Part shown: one piece after another, positions 51,293-61,817 of the stretch | Layout of the letters: the number at the start of each line of letters is the position of its first letter | Numbering within the stretch: the stretch's first letter is position 1 | Assembly (NCBI GenBank): GCA_013239625.1 | Contig: MU054187.1 | Span: forward strand, 6,025,757 to 6,089,756 | DNA from: Lama guanicoe | Taxonomy: Eukaryota | Length of the DNA stretch: 64,000 nt | Direction of reading: 5' to 3' | Program-made: the position numbers and the translations under genes | Notes under the pieces: model-generated | Database searches by the model: none | Seen by the model: the letters and a program-made list of their open reading frames with translations, nothing else | What the model was told of the DNA's origin: nothing

Positions 51293-54200
51293 TTCCAAAG
51301 CCCTTTTAAAATGCAAAAGAATGTAGGAAATTGCCAGATCACAGTTAGTTAATCTGTGACAACTGTAGTCTGTATACTTGTATACCTACTGGCGCGGTTC
51401 TCACAGGAGCAATTGGCTGTTCCCCGTTTTTTCAACCCCTCTGCACGTTGCCCTGGGCGTCCATCCTCCAGTAACTCAGGGTCGCTTTGTAGGACCTGGA
51501 CACGGTGGCCCTGGGCAGCTCCTTCCTTTCCTCCTTCTGTTCTCTCACTTCTTGTAGGCTTGGCCTCACCCAGGTGTGTGTGCGCATGAGTGTGTCAAGT
51601 CAGTAGCTTGAAATAGGTCTAGAGTGAGTGGGGAAGTAGATTTTCAAATAATTTTTTTTAGTGGGTTAATAAACACGTGGTGTCATCTGCCTTTGTAGAC
51701 CAGCCAAGTTTTGTTTGTCTAAACTATCCCAGGATATTTTACAATATTAAGCAAGATACACCAGCAGGCAACACATTTTGTAAAATTTATATTGCTCTTC
51801 CCTTACTCTGCCCTGTAAACGTCCTTGCCAAGTGGGTTGAAGTACATTTCTGAAGTTTGATTTTTCCCTATCCCAAATAAATTACACATACACACATTTC
51901 CATTTTCTTATTTCTGGACCTGTCTTTCTTCATTTGCTTTTCCCCTCTACAATAAAAGTTAATTAGGATAGCATTGAAAATTTCAGGGATAGACTCACAT
52001 ATTTTACCCAGATGCAAACCTGACTCACGTGCATGGATGTGGTGTGTGTGGCTGTGTATGCAGGTGGTCCTCACTCCCCTTCTCCCACATCACACTGGGT
52101 ATTTAGAGTGGTCTCTTGCTGGGCCACGCTCAGTTGCATAAGGAAAGCAGATCGATCACCCTGGAAGCGTTTTCCTAGTGTCTGCGGTGGGATGAGCAGG
52201 TCGGCTGTCTTCTCGGTGGGCTTCGTCTTTGGAGGAGTTAGTTTCAGGGAGTGATAGTTCAGGGCTGAACTGCAGGGTGTAAAGGTCGTTTTCCAAGGAA
52301 CACTGGTTTCCATAGTTCTTGTGCTTTAGTGGCACCACTTACATAAGGGCAGTAGGCACCTTTAGGCCAATTGAGGGGGAAGAAAAAGAGTGCTGTACCT
52401 GTGCACCCAGTACAAACTGTGAGCTGAGTGCTGTTTCGTTAGTGGCCTTGAAAGAAAACATATCAGCCCCAGGGCTCTCATGTAGGAAAAAACCCATCTT
52501 TATCTGAAAGCTGCTCAGAATAGCCAGACTCCTCAAAGTTATGTAGAAATAACTGAAATATTTCTGCAAGAAACCTATGAAATAGGGTCTTATGCAACAC
52601 AGCATAAGATATTAATGTTAACTGCATTTTTTTTTGTCTTGCAAAAATGACTGTCAAGCAGATGGACGCCTCTTTGAAATTAAACCGCTTTTAGATATCC
52701 ACTCTTTGCAAACCATTACCTATTAAAACTTGTCGCTGAGGGTTATTCCTCATTCTTTGGATGAGGTCAGTATTGTTTCTTTGTCGGTCACAGACGCTAA
52801 GACTACCAGTCCTTGAGTGTAAGATGGCACGTCTTTGTATTACTTGCTTTGTACTTCTCTGGGACCTTGGTTATTCCTGCTCATCTGTAGCTCGAGTTGC
52901 CTGGAGTCTGAGAGTGGGACTTCCCAAACCTTCCTGTGCGCAGGAATCACCGGGGGCGCTGTGAATACAGTGTGCACTCCAGGGCCGGAGGTCTGGGGTG
53001 GGTCCACGATGCTGCGTCTCTTACCAGCTCCTGGGGTGCCAGTGGCTCCAGGACCCCCCGTTCTAAAGGCAGGGCTCCAGCCTGCAGAGAGAGAGGCCGG
53101 TGAGGAACGGGAACAGCCCCGTGCCTGGTGTTTCTGTAGCTCTCGCCCTCGGCATGGTGGGAATCCTGGGGGCGTCAGAATCAGCTCGAGGGCCAGGGTC
53201 TGCGGCTCAGTGGGGGTGGGTGGGAACCAAGGAACTCAGCCAAAAAAGAGGCCAGGCAGACGGCGCAGCGAGGGGTGCGAGGCAGGTGTGGCGGGAAGGA
53301 AGGTGTGAGGAAGTGAGCGGAGAAGTTGGTCAACTCCCCGGGCCTTGACAGGCCTGGCCCCGGGGGTTCCTGACGGTTTCAGAGGCAGAGGCAGGGGGCT
53401 GGGGGGTGGAGGTGGAGAGGCCGCCGGGGATCCGAGGACAGTGCTCCTTCCACCCTGCCGGGTGTCTGGGCTCCATCCTGAGAGCTAGGGAGCTGCTTTA
53501 AGGATTTTGATATGGGGGGAGAGAGAAGATGCGTTTTGGGTCTTAGAAGGTCATTCAGTCAGCTGTGTGAACATGCTGAGACCAGACGTGGGAGGACCAG
53601 TCAGCCTTTAAAGTTTTGTCCTTCACGGGGCCAAGAAGGCCTGTGACCTCAGAGACAGTAGGCGCTGGTGGGATGAGGTAGCCTTGTGAGATACTGGGGA
53701 GGAGAGCCGGCAGGTGGGTCATGGACTGGGCGTGCAGTGTGTGCAGGATGTCCGCAGGCCTGTGTTAGCACGCCGGCCGCACGGGGCGGGGCCGCGTCTG
53801 TGCACTTCTGTACACCCAGTGCCCGTGAAATGCTTTATGCAAAGCAGGCCCTCATTAAATATTTTTTTAAGTGAATGGACAATGGGAAGGAAGGATGGTG
53901 GTTTTTCCATCACTTGGCAAGTGAAAAGGGTGCATGGGGAAGGCTGACGCAGCATTAGTCTGCACAACATCAATTCTTAAGCATAGTTTTCCCTTTTAAA
54001 AAAAAATCTATCTCAGCACAACTGGAGGCTACCTAGTGGTATAAATGGAAGCTAACTATAAATGCAATTCTTACTTCCTTTTTTTGGTTTTATTTTTCGT
54101 GTGGTGCTAGGGCTAACCTAGACCTTCTGAAGGACTTCACATCCTTTTTTGTTCTGTCTGCATCTGTTTCTTCCAAAAGAATAGTGAATGAGAATAATGC

Positions 54201-54581
54201 ACAAAGCCACTAAGAAAAATAGTGGCCTCATTCTAGCTGTGTAGATTTTTGGTTGTTAAAATTAAGCTTGCAAATACTTCATGAAAGAGTGATGGTAGTA
54301 CGGCACCTGTAAGGGAAAAGGATTTTGAAATTGATTAGTCCTAAGTGTCTGAATTTTGTATACTTGAGAATTATTCCCAACATAATAAACATTATTTACT
54401 AAGAAATAGGAGTATATGTTGGGAGATACTAAGACAGGAGAAATTTTATAGGTTGAAAATATAGTTAACATGAAGTATAATGTATGGAAAGAATACTACA
54501 TACAAGGAGTAGGTATGAACCTTTGAAAGAACACTAATCTCTGAGCAGGAGAGTATTCCTCATCAAAGAGAATTGCTACTT

Positions 54582-54750
54582 TTCTTTTTAATTGGAGTAT
54601 AGTCGATGTACAGTGTTGTGTTTCTGGTATACAGCAGAGTGGTTCAAATATATATATATGCATATGTTCTTTTTCAGATTCTTTTCCATTGTAGTCGATT
54701 GTAAGGTACTGAATATAGTTCCCTGCGCTCTACAGTAGGACCTCGTTGTT
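54582..54750 (-). mobile_element. 5'-truncated L1 3' end
   Basis: 'tttttaattggagtatagtcgatgtacagtgttgtgtttctggtatacagcag..ttcagattcttttccattgtag..gaatatagttccctgcgctctacagtaggacc' is reverse-complementary to the 3' UTR at ~47020-47165. Confidence 0.85.
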
Positions 54751-54854
54751 GCTCCTGTTTAAATGGTCTTTGACTGAAAGAGTGTTACCTCCAGGAGGAA
54801 ACCTGCAGCAGTGCCTTCCGCAGAATTTTCTGCGGTCATGGACATGTTCCACGT

Positions 54855-55000
54855 GTGTGCAGCCGCCACCAGCCGTGTGCGTCTGTTGAACACCTGAAAT
54901 GTAGCTTGTGCGACTGAGCAACTGAATTTAAAATTTTATTTAGTTTAATTAATTTAAGTTACAACACGTGGCCAGTAGCTGCTGGGTAGGATGGCGCAGC
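54855..55000. mobile_element. MER3-like hAT MITE
   Basis: Homologous to 47492-47645: 'gccaccagccgtgtgcgtctgttgaacacctgaaatgtagct..actgagcaactgaatttaaaattttatttag..cacgtggccagtagct'. Confidence 0.7.
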
Positions 55001-55913
55001 CATCGTGTATCGGCATTGCCCGGACAGATGTGCAAGGAAGACAGTGCGGTCTGGCCTGGGATGGGGGTCCAGGAAGGGCATCATTTGGCCCATGGGGCAC
55101 ACCTGGAACTGACATCAGCAAGCTGATGCCGGTAACTTGGCGGCATTTCCTGACTCTCTATCTGGGTCACTGTCCTTTGGATCGATGCCTTCTCCCACAG
55201 CAAGCGGTGGCCTGGGCAGACTTCCCCCTTCCCCTGGCGGCCGCCTGGGGCCACCGGTGGGGAGCGCGGTCGGCAGGCCTCGTGACCTCCCTGAAAGGAC
55301 TTGCACTGTGAGTCCTTCCCCGTCCTGACGTGACTTGTAACCTTGATGATGGAGAGGCATCTTCCCAGGATGTGCTGCGGGTGGTGAGGTGTGTGTCTCC
55401 CCTACAGATGCTGGCATGTGCTTCCCCTAGTCCCAGGAATCATGGTCACAGTTAATGTCCGTGCCTCGGGCTCTTTGGAGATGGAGGAGAGAAAGGTAAA
55501 GAGAACAGTGACACATCAGGCTATGTAACACTGAACTAGACTTACACGTCTAAAGGGCAGCTACCTTTTGCTTCCCACTTGCCCCATGTGCTGGGTATTT
55601 ATGAGAAAGTGGATGGCGTGGTTGGCGTTCTACATATGTGGTCAGACAAAGAGTGGCTGAGCTATAGGCAATATTTTGCTCGTGAAAGGGGTCTTGTATT
55701 CACCCATCTGTTTTCTAGCTTTCCCGCCCACTGTGGTACCAGATCAAAACCCGGTGGCACAAACACTGTCCTACTTTAGGAAGAGGGCAGTGGTGAAGCA
55801 TTGTTTGTGTAAGCTTTGGGAAGCCAGAAATTCACCTCGAAGTGTTAGTACGTATGTTTACACAACTCTTTCTTTCACCTGGGCATGTTGTGCACCCCTG
55901 CTTGGTCCCTGCT

Positions 55914-55941
55914 GTGCTGCGTGCTGCGTGCTGCGTGCTGC
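55914..55941. repeat. Tandem repeat (GTGCTGC)x4
   Basis: Four perfect 7-mers, read directly. Confidence 0.85.
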
Positions 55942-56659
55942 ACACTTGTTTGTGGATCTGCTAGTTTGCACCCTCCTTTTTCCGCAGAATATTGACCAGG
56001 AGCCTCCATACAGTGCTGGTAGGTGCTTGCCTCCTAAAAGTTACACACAGCAGAAATAAACGTTTTCTCGAAAGGAAGCTCTCTTCTGTTAATGGTGGTT
56101 TCACCAATTGTTTGAGTGACTTATCTCTGGATAAAACACGTCTAGTCTTGGCTTTCAAAATTTTGCCCTCACTGGTGAGTTGCCATTTCATTTAGACGTT
56201 TCTCCTTTGTCTTCGGGAATTTTTGTCGTTAAAATGTTTTGTAGAAGATGTTTGCTCCTCTCAGTCTACTCAGAGGGTTTTTTCATCTGTAAAATGAAGA
56301 GGGGTTTGGATTAGAAGGTTTCCAAGCTGCTCGCCAGCTCGGAATGTTCATAGCTGGTTTCACAGTGAGTCTCCACCGTGTCAGCGATTCTGTGGGTCGA
56401 GCTGTCGCGTTGTGCCCTCCTCACCTCCAAACATAAGTGCCTTCTGAACTCAGGAAATACTTGCCAGTGGGGCACCGAGCAGAAACTTAAATTATTATGT
56501 CCTCATTATCAGCGTCTGGACTGTTCGGGGTATAATGTCACACATGGTTAAAAAACTTGCCTTCATAAATTACCAAGAAATGTTTTGTAAAATGGTATCT
56601 TAAATTTTTACAACATAACCTATGAATCTTAATTTTTATTTGAAAGTTTCATCACTTAC

Positions 56660-56785
56660 AGATGAATGTAACCCCCTGTGAGGACAAAAGGGAACTTTTT
56701 ATTTTTATTCACTGATGTGTCTCTGGCCCCTGTGGTCAGTGCCTGGATTGAAGTAGGTACTTAATAAATATATTTTGGATAAATG
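56660..56785 (+). mobile_element. L2 3' end fragment
   Basis: 'gaatgtaaccccctgtgaggaca..ttattcactgatgtgtctctggcccct..cagtgcctgg..agtaggtacttaataaatatattttggataaatg'. Confidence 0.6.
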
Positions 56786-56929
56786 TGATCTGAGGTTTAA
56801 CTTGTTTTTCATTTAAAGCCAAATCGAATGTAAATACAACTTTAATGTTTATTACCCAAGTGATAATGATGGAAATTATTTGATAACACTGATACTTGTA
56901 TTTCTGTTTCTCATTTTTAATCATCTGTA

Positions 56930-57240
56930 CCTGTGCTGTTCAGTATGATAGCCACTGGCCTCATGCGCACCACTTTGACTTGAAATGTGGCCAGTAGAAA
57001 CTGAGATATACTGTAAATGTGACACACACTGGGTTTCAAAGACTATGTACCAAAAAATGTAACCTGTCTCATTCATATTGATTACATGTGGAAGTGATAA
57101 TATTTTGCATATATTACGTTAAATAAAAATTATTACTAAAATTAATTTCACTATTTTGGGGGACTACTTTTTAAATGTGGCTATTAGAAAATTTACAATG
57201 ACATTTATGACTGTTTTGGTGGCTCATTGAATAACGCTGA
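56930..57240. mobile_element. MER33-like hAT MITE
   Basis: 'ctgtgctgttcagtatgatagccactggc..acttgaaatgtggccagt..actgagatatactgtaaatgt..ttaaatgtggctattagaaaattta..ttgaataacgctg' with imperfect inverted ends. Confidence 0.75.
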
Positions 57241-58974
57241 TCTAGACATAGAAAATATAGATACTGAATGTAGACAAGGGGGCAGCCTCCAAAAAAGGAA
57301 CTTTAAATGAATATCTTTGATAGAAACAGAATTAAAGGTTGCAGCTGTGACTTGGGAAAGTGGGTGTTCAAATGGTCTTGATCAAATTAAAAGAAAAGAC
57401 CAAAATAAATTAATTAGATTAGCTCAGATCAGAAATATGAAATCCAGCTACCAGATGGATTCCTAGCATAGTCGCCAGCCGAGGCTCGAGGTCAGAAGAG
57501 GGGCAGGAAGGCGGTGGTGGCTGTCCCAGCAGGCGCGAGTTGGGACGGCGGCAGGCTAAAGCCGTGGTTTTTGAACTTCTCTACCCGGAGTGCACCTGAC
57601 TGGTCGCAGCTGTGGTCGGTGACACGTTTACTTGTACCAGGTAGTGCTGCTGCTTTTCATGCTGCTGGGAAATGCCCTCTTGGTGGAAAGGGGAAGGGCA
57701 CCGGAGACCCCCGAGTCAGGTGAGATCACTCTCAGTCAGTGTTCTGTGTGTCCCTTCCCATGCCCGTAGACAAGCACTCTTTCCCTTTCTGCTCAGCCTT
57801 AAGCCTGTATAAAATGAGTGCCAGCTCCGTCGCTGCCTCCCCCCCGGCCCCTGTGCTTTGGGGCGCAGTGGACCAGGCCATCCCCAACCCCTGGGATCTG
57901 GCTGGGAACCCCCCACCAACCCGTCCATAGCACTTCCTCCCGTGACACGTGACACACGTGATGGGCCCTGAGGATGAAGGCATTATCCCATAAAACAAGG
58001 CCACCCAGGACATATACCTAGATGTTACCTTCCTTAAGCTAATTTGAAAGGTTATTTTGGTAAGTGGTTAGTCTGCATGGCTGGTTTAAGCGATTATCAA
58101 GTCCATTCCAGTATCTGTTTCCTTGAAAGCTAGCATGAGCCTCGAATAAATGAAGACTGACTGCTTGGGCTTTTTCGGAGTAAATTCAATTTCTAAGTAT
58201 TTGTTTCATTTGGCACTGGAGATTTCAGCCTCTCTTTAGTTCGGATTTTAAGGTAGCTGTGTAGTAAAGCCGGCATGTCTGTGAATAAAATGGCTTTCAC
58301 GCTCACCTTATTTCCACCCACCTGACCCCTGTTTTTGGAGAAAGTAGATCGGAAAATGCATGGCAGTTAGCGGTGGAGTGAGGAGACCTTTAGCTTTAGC
58401 TGACAGCTGTCACCTGAACGCTGCAGACCCGGAGACCCTCGCAGGTGTTATGTCTGTAGTTCTGACAGCGAGCAGGAATGTTGTTTACGTTTTCTGTAAG
58501 CAGAGGTCTCCCCTTGTTGGGAGAGTGTTGGAATCGGGCAGGCAGAATCCGAATTTTGATCTGTCCTGTGGGTGAGTTTTCAGCCGTGCTGGCGGCCCCT
58601 GTCCGTCCGCATTCCCGTGGTTGTGCAGAAGTGTGTCACTAGAATTTATAATGGGGCCTGCTTATAACATCACTTTTGAAATTCTTCACCAAGATACTGA
58701 TTTTTCAAGTTAGGCAGTATCGCACAATGCTTCATGTGCTTATGAAAGGGGGGGAAAAAGAGTTAAATTCCAAAGATGTTTAAGATTTTGGACATTTTTC
58801 CTATGTGAATTAGTTCTTTATTAGGTTGTTGATTTAATTAGCATGCAACAAAAACACTTTCCTGTTTCGATTGTTGAAACAGATTCTTTAAATTGGTTAC
58901 TTTAATTTGACACAGAACCCACTGGGAACCGTTTGAATAAAGCGAACGGCGTTAGTGGGTGTAGGTACCATGTG

Positions 58975-59435
58975 CAGTCAGCGCGGGACCCCGACGGGCG
59001 GGCCTGCGCCCTCGTCCCCACCTGCTCCTCCTCCGTGGCCCAGGAGAGGTCAGGGCGAGGGTGAGGGCTGCGTGGACATTTTGAACTTTATTCTGTGAAA
59101 ATTTCCAGTTCTGACCAGTCTGGGGGGAAGTTTTCCGTCTCTACTGATGAGAATGGTCGTCGTCTAGAAGCTGCCCGCGCAGCTGGAGTCTGAGCGGTCG
59201 CGCGCCGGTGCCCGATCGTCGGCGCGGGGACGACGCCCTCGTGGTCGGAGCGGCCCGGCCGGGCGCCGAGCGCGGCGGGCGCTGCCGGCGGTCGGGGGCC
59301 CCGTCCCGGTCTCTCCGCGCGTCCCTCGTGGGGCCTGCCGTTAGGCGCCCGGGCCGCCGAGTTGTCACGGCGCCGGCCAGCGCGCCCTCGGTCGACGCCT
59401 CCGCTGCCGTTCCGCAGTTGGTCGTATGTGGGCCG
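58975..59435. promoter_or_regulatory. Small intragenic CpG island ~0.6-1 kb upstream of exon 2
   Basis: Dense CpG cluster, especially 59155-59425, in otherwise AT-rich flanks. Confidence 0.6.
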
Positions 59436-59992
59436 TAAATACAGCTAATTTGTACGAAATGACTGATTTTGGCATTTGTATAATCCTCTAGTCAATTTAA
59501 CCAAGTTGAGCTTTTCACAGCCCTCGGTGCTGCGGCTGCTCATCTGATTACACCGCTCAGGGGAATAAGGTTAAGGGCGGGCTGTCGGTAACCAGAGCAT
59601 TTCCAGGGCTTCAGCGCAGCAGATGGGCTGCTTGGCTGTATTCATACATCTGCTTGCCTGCGGTGGCAGCTGCTGCCGCTTCATGTTGTGTTCTTTTGTT
59701 CTGTTCCATCCAAGAATGGAACGCCAGGAAGTGTAGTGAATGGATTAATTTAAGGTTAAGGTTAGTGTTTTGCTTGCTTTCTAAGTAACCGATCATAATA
59801 ATGCTTCTGGTAGAAGCTAATGAGTTTCTCTTAAAGTGAACCAGATTTATAAAATACAGCCCAGCCAGGGGGCTAGATTAGTATTGTTGACGGCGACCAA
59901 ATTCAAACGCGGAAAATGCTGGCAGTTTTTATCACTTGTTCCTAATTCTTTGTTTTCTCTCCCCCCCACCCCCCACCCCCACTCCCTTCCAG

Positions 59993-60164
59993 GACCTATA
60001 TCCAGACTTTGCCTGACACTGCAGGGTCCAAGAGAATTAAAGAAATATGGAGTGACATGAAGAAGATTAGTCAGGATTATAGGCTCTGAGGACGAGCCCT
60101 CAGTGAAGTGACGCACAGCCAGGCTCCCGCGCGCTGGGCTGGAGGAGCCGTGTGTTGGGAGAAG
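59993..60164 (+). other. CHD7: CHD7 exon 2, 5' UTR portion (172 nt)
   Basis: Follows the acceptor 'actcccttccag|GACCTATATCCAGAC' and matches my recollection of the CHD7 mRNA leader. Confidence 0.85.
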
Positions 60165-61817
60165 ATGGCGGATCCAGGAATGATGAGTCTTTTTGGCGAG
60201 GATGGGAATATTTTCAGCGAAGGCCTGGAGGGCCTTGGAGAGTGTGGTTACCCTGAAAACCCGGTGAATCCCATGGGTCAGCAGATGCCGATAGACCAAG
60301 GCTTTGGCTCGTTGCAGCCATCCCTCCACCATCCCTCCCCTACCCAGAGTCAAACCAAGCTGACCCACTTCGATCACTATAATCAGTACGAGCAGCAGAA
60401 GATGCACCTGATGGATCAGCCCAACAGAATGATGAGTAACGCCCCTGGGAACGGACTGGCGTCTCCCCACTCGCAGTATCACACCCCTCCCGTCCCCCAG
60501 GTCCCCCACGGGGGCGGCGGCGGCGGCCAGCTGGGCGTCTACCCTGGCATGCAGAGCGAGCGGCACGGACAGTCTTTCGTGGACAGCGGCTCCATGTGGG
60601 GTCCCCGGGCCGTGCAGGTGCCGGACCAGATCCGGGCCCCCTATCAGCCGCCGCCGCAGCCCCAGCCGGCGCCATCGGGGCCCCCGGCGCAGGGCCACCC
60701 CCAGCACCTGCAGCAGATGGGTAGCTACCTGGCGCGCGGGGATTTCTCCATGCAGCAGCACGGCCAGCCGCAGCAGAGGCTGGGCCAGTTCCCCCAAGGC
60801 CAGGAGGGCCTAAGTCAGGGCAACCCTTTCATCGCCACCTCAGGACCTGGCCACTTGTCGCACGTGCCCCCGCAGAGCCCCGGCCTGGCGCCGTCCCTGC
60901 GCCACTCCGTCCAGCAGTTCCACCACCACCCCCCAACTGCTCTCCACGGCGAATCCGTTGCCCACAGCCCCAGATTCTCCCCTAATCCTCCTCCACAAGG
61001 CGCTGTCAGGCCGCAAACCCTTAACTTTAGTTCTCGGAGCCAGACAGTCCCCTCACCTACTATAAACAACTCAGGGCAGTATTCTCGATATCCTTACAGT
61101 AACCTAAATCAGGGATTAGTTAACAATACAGGGATGAATCAGAATTTAGGCCTTACAAGTAATACTCCAATGAACCAGTCCGTACCAAGGTACCCCAGTG
61201 CTGTGGGATTCCCATCGAGCAGTGGTCAAGGACTAATGCACCAGCAGCCCATCCACCCCAGCGGCTCACTTAACCAAATGAACACACAAACTATGCATCC
61301 TTCACAGCCTCAGGGAACTTATGCCTCTCCACCTCCCATGTCACCCATGAAAGCAATGAGTAACCCGGCAGGTACTCCGCCTCCGCAAGTCAGGCCCGGA
61401 AGTGCTGGGATCCCGATGGAAGTCGGCAGTTATCCAAATATGCCCCACCCTCCGCCGTCTCACCAGCCCCCTGGTGCCATGGGAATGGGACAGAGGAATA
61501 TGGGCCCCAGGAACATGCAGCAGTCTCGTCCGTTTATGAGCATGTCCTCCGCACCGCGGGAGCTGGCCGGGCACCTGAGACCCAACGGCTGTCCCGGCGT
61601 TGGCCTTGCAGACCCGCAGGCAATCCAGGAGCGGCTGCTGCCCGGCCAGCAGCATCCTGGCCAGCAGCCGTCCTTCCAGCAGTTGCCAGCCTGCCCTCCG
61701 ATGCAGCCCCACCCCGGCTTGCACCACCAGTCTTCGCCCCCGCCCCCGCACCACCAGCCTTGGGCACAGCTCCACCCATCGCCCCAGAACACCCCGCAGA
61801 AAGTGCCTGTGCCTCAG
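60165..61817 (+). CDS. CHD7: Chromodomain-helicase-DNA-binding protein 7, first coding exon (aa 1-551; partial CDS, continues beyond the window)
   Basis: Translation [47 protein letters not shown]...[13 protein letters not shown] is the CHD7 N-terminus. Strong Kozak context aagATGg. The exon ends at a consensus phase-0 donor CAG|GTAAGG (61817/61818); 1653 nt = 551 codons. Confidence 0.98.

Larger units (their letters stand above)
4782..59992 (+). other. CHD7: CHD7 intron 1 (5' boundary uncertain because of the gap)
   Basis: Repeat-rich non-coding DNA ending in a branch-point-like CTAAT (59942-59946), a pyrimidine tract and AG at 59991-59992. Confidence 0.8.

Noticed and set aside
60108..60164. 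ORF-track start at GTG 60108 giving a 19-aa N-terminal extension
   Set aside because: Non-AUG codon in mediocre context; the recognised CHD7 start MADPG at 60165 has a strong Kozak sequence.
59847..60797. 316-aa antisense ORF and other minus-strand ORFs over exon 2
   Set aside because: Shadows of the GC-rich CHD7 coding strand, with no recognisable protein features.
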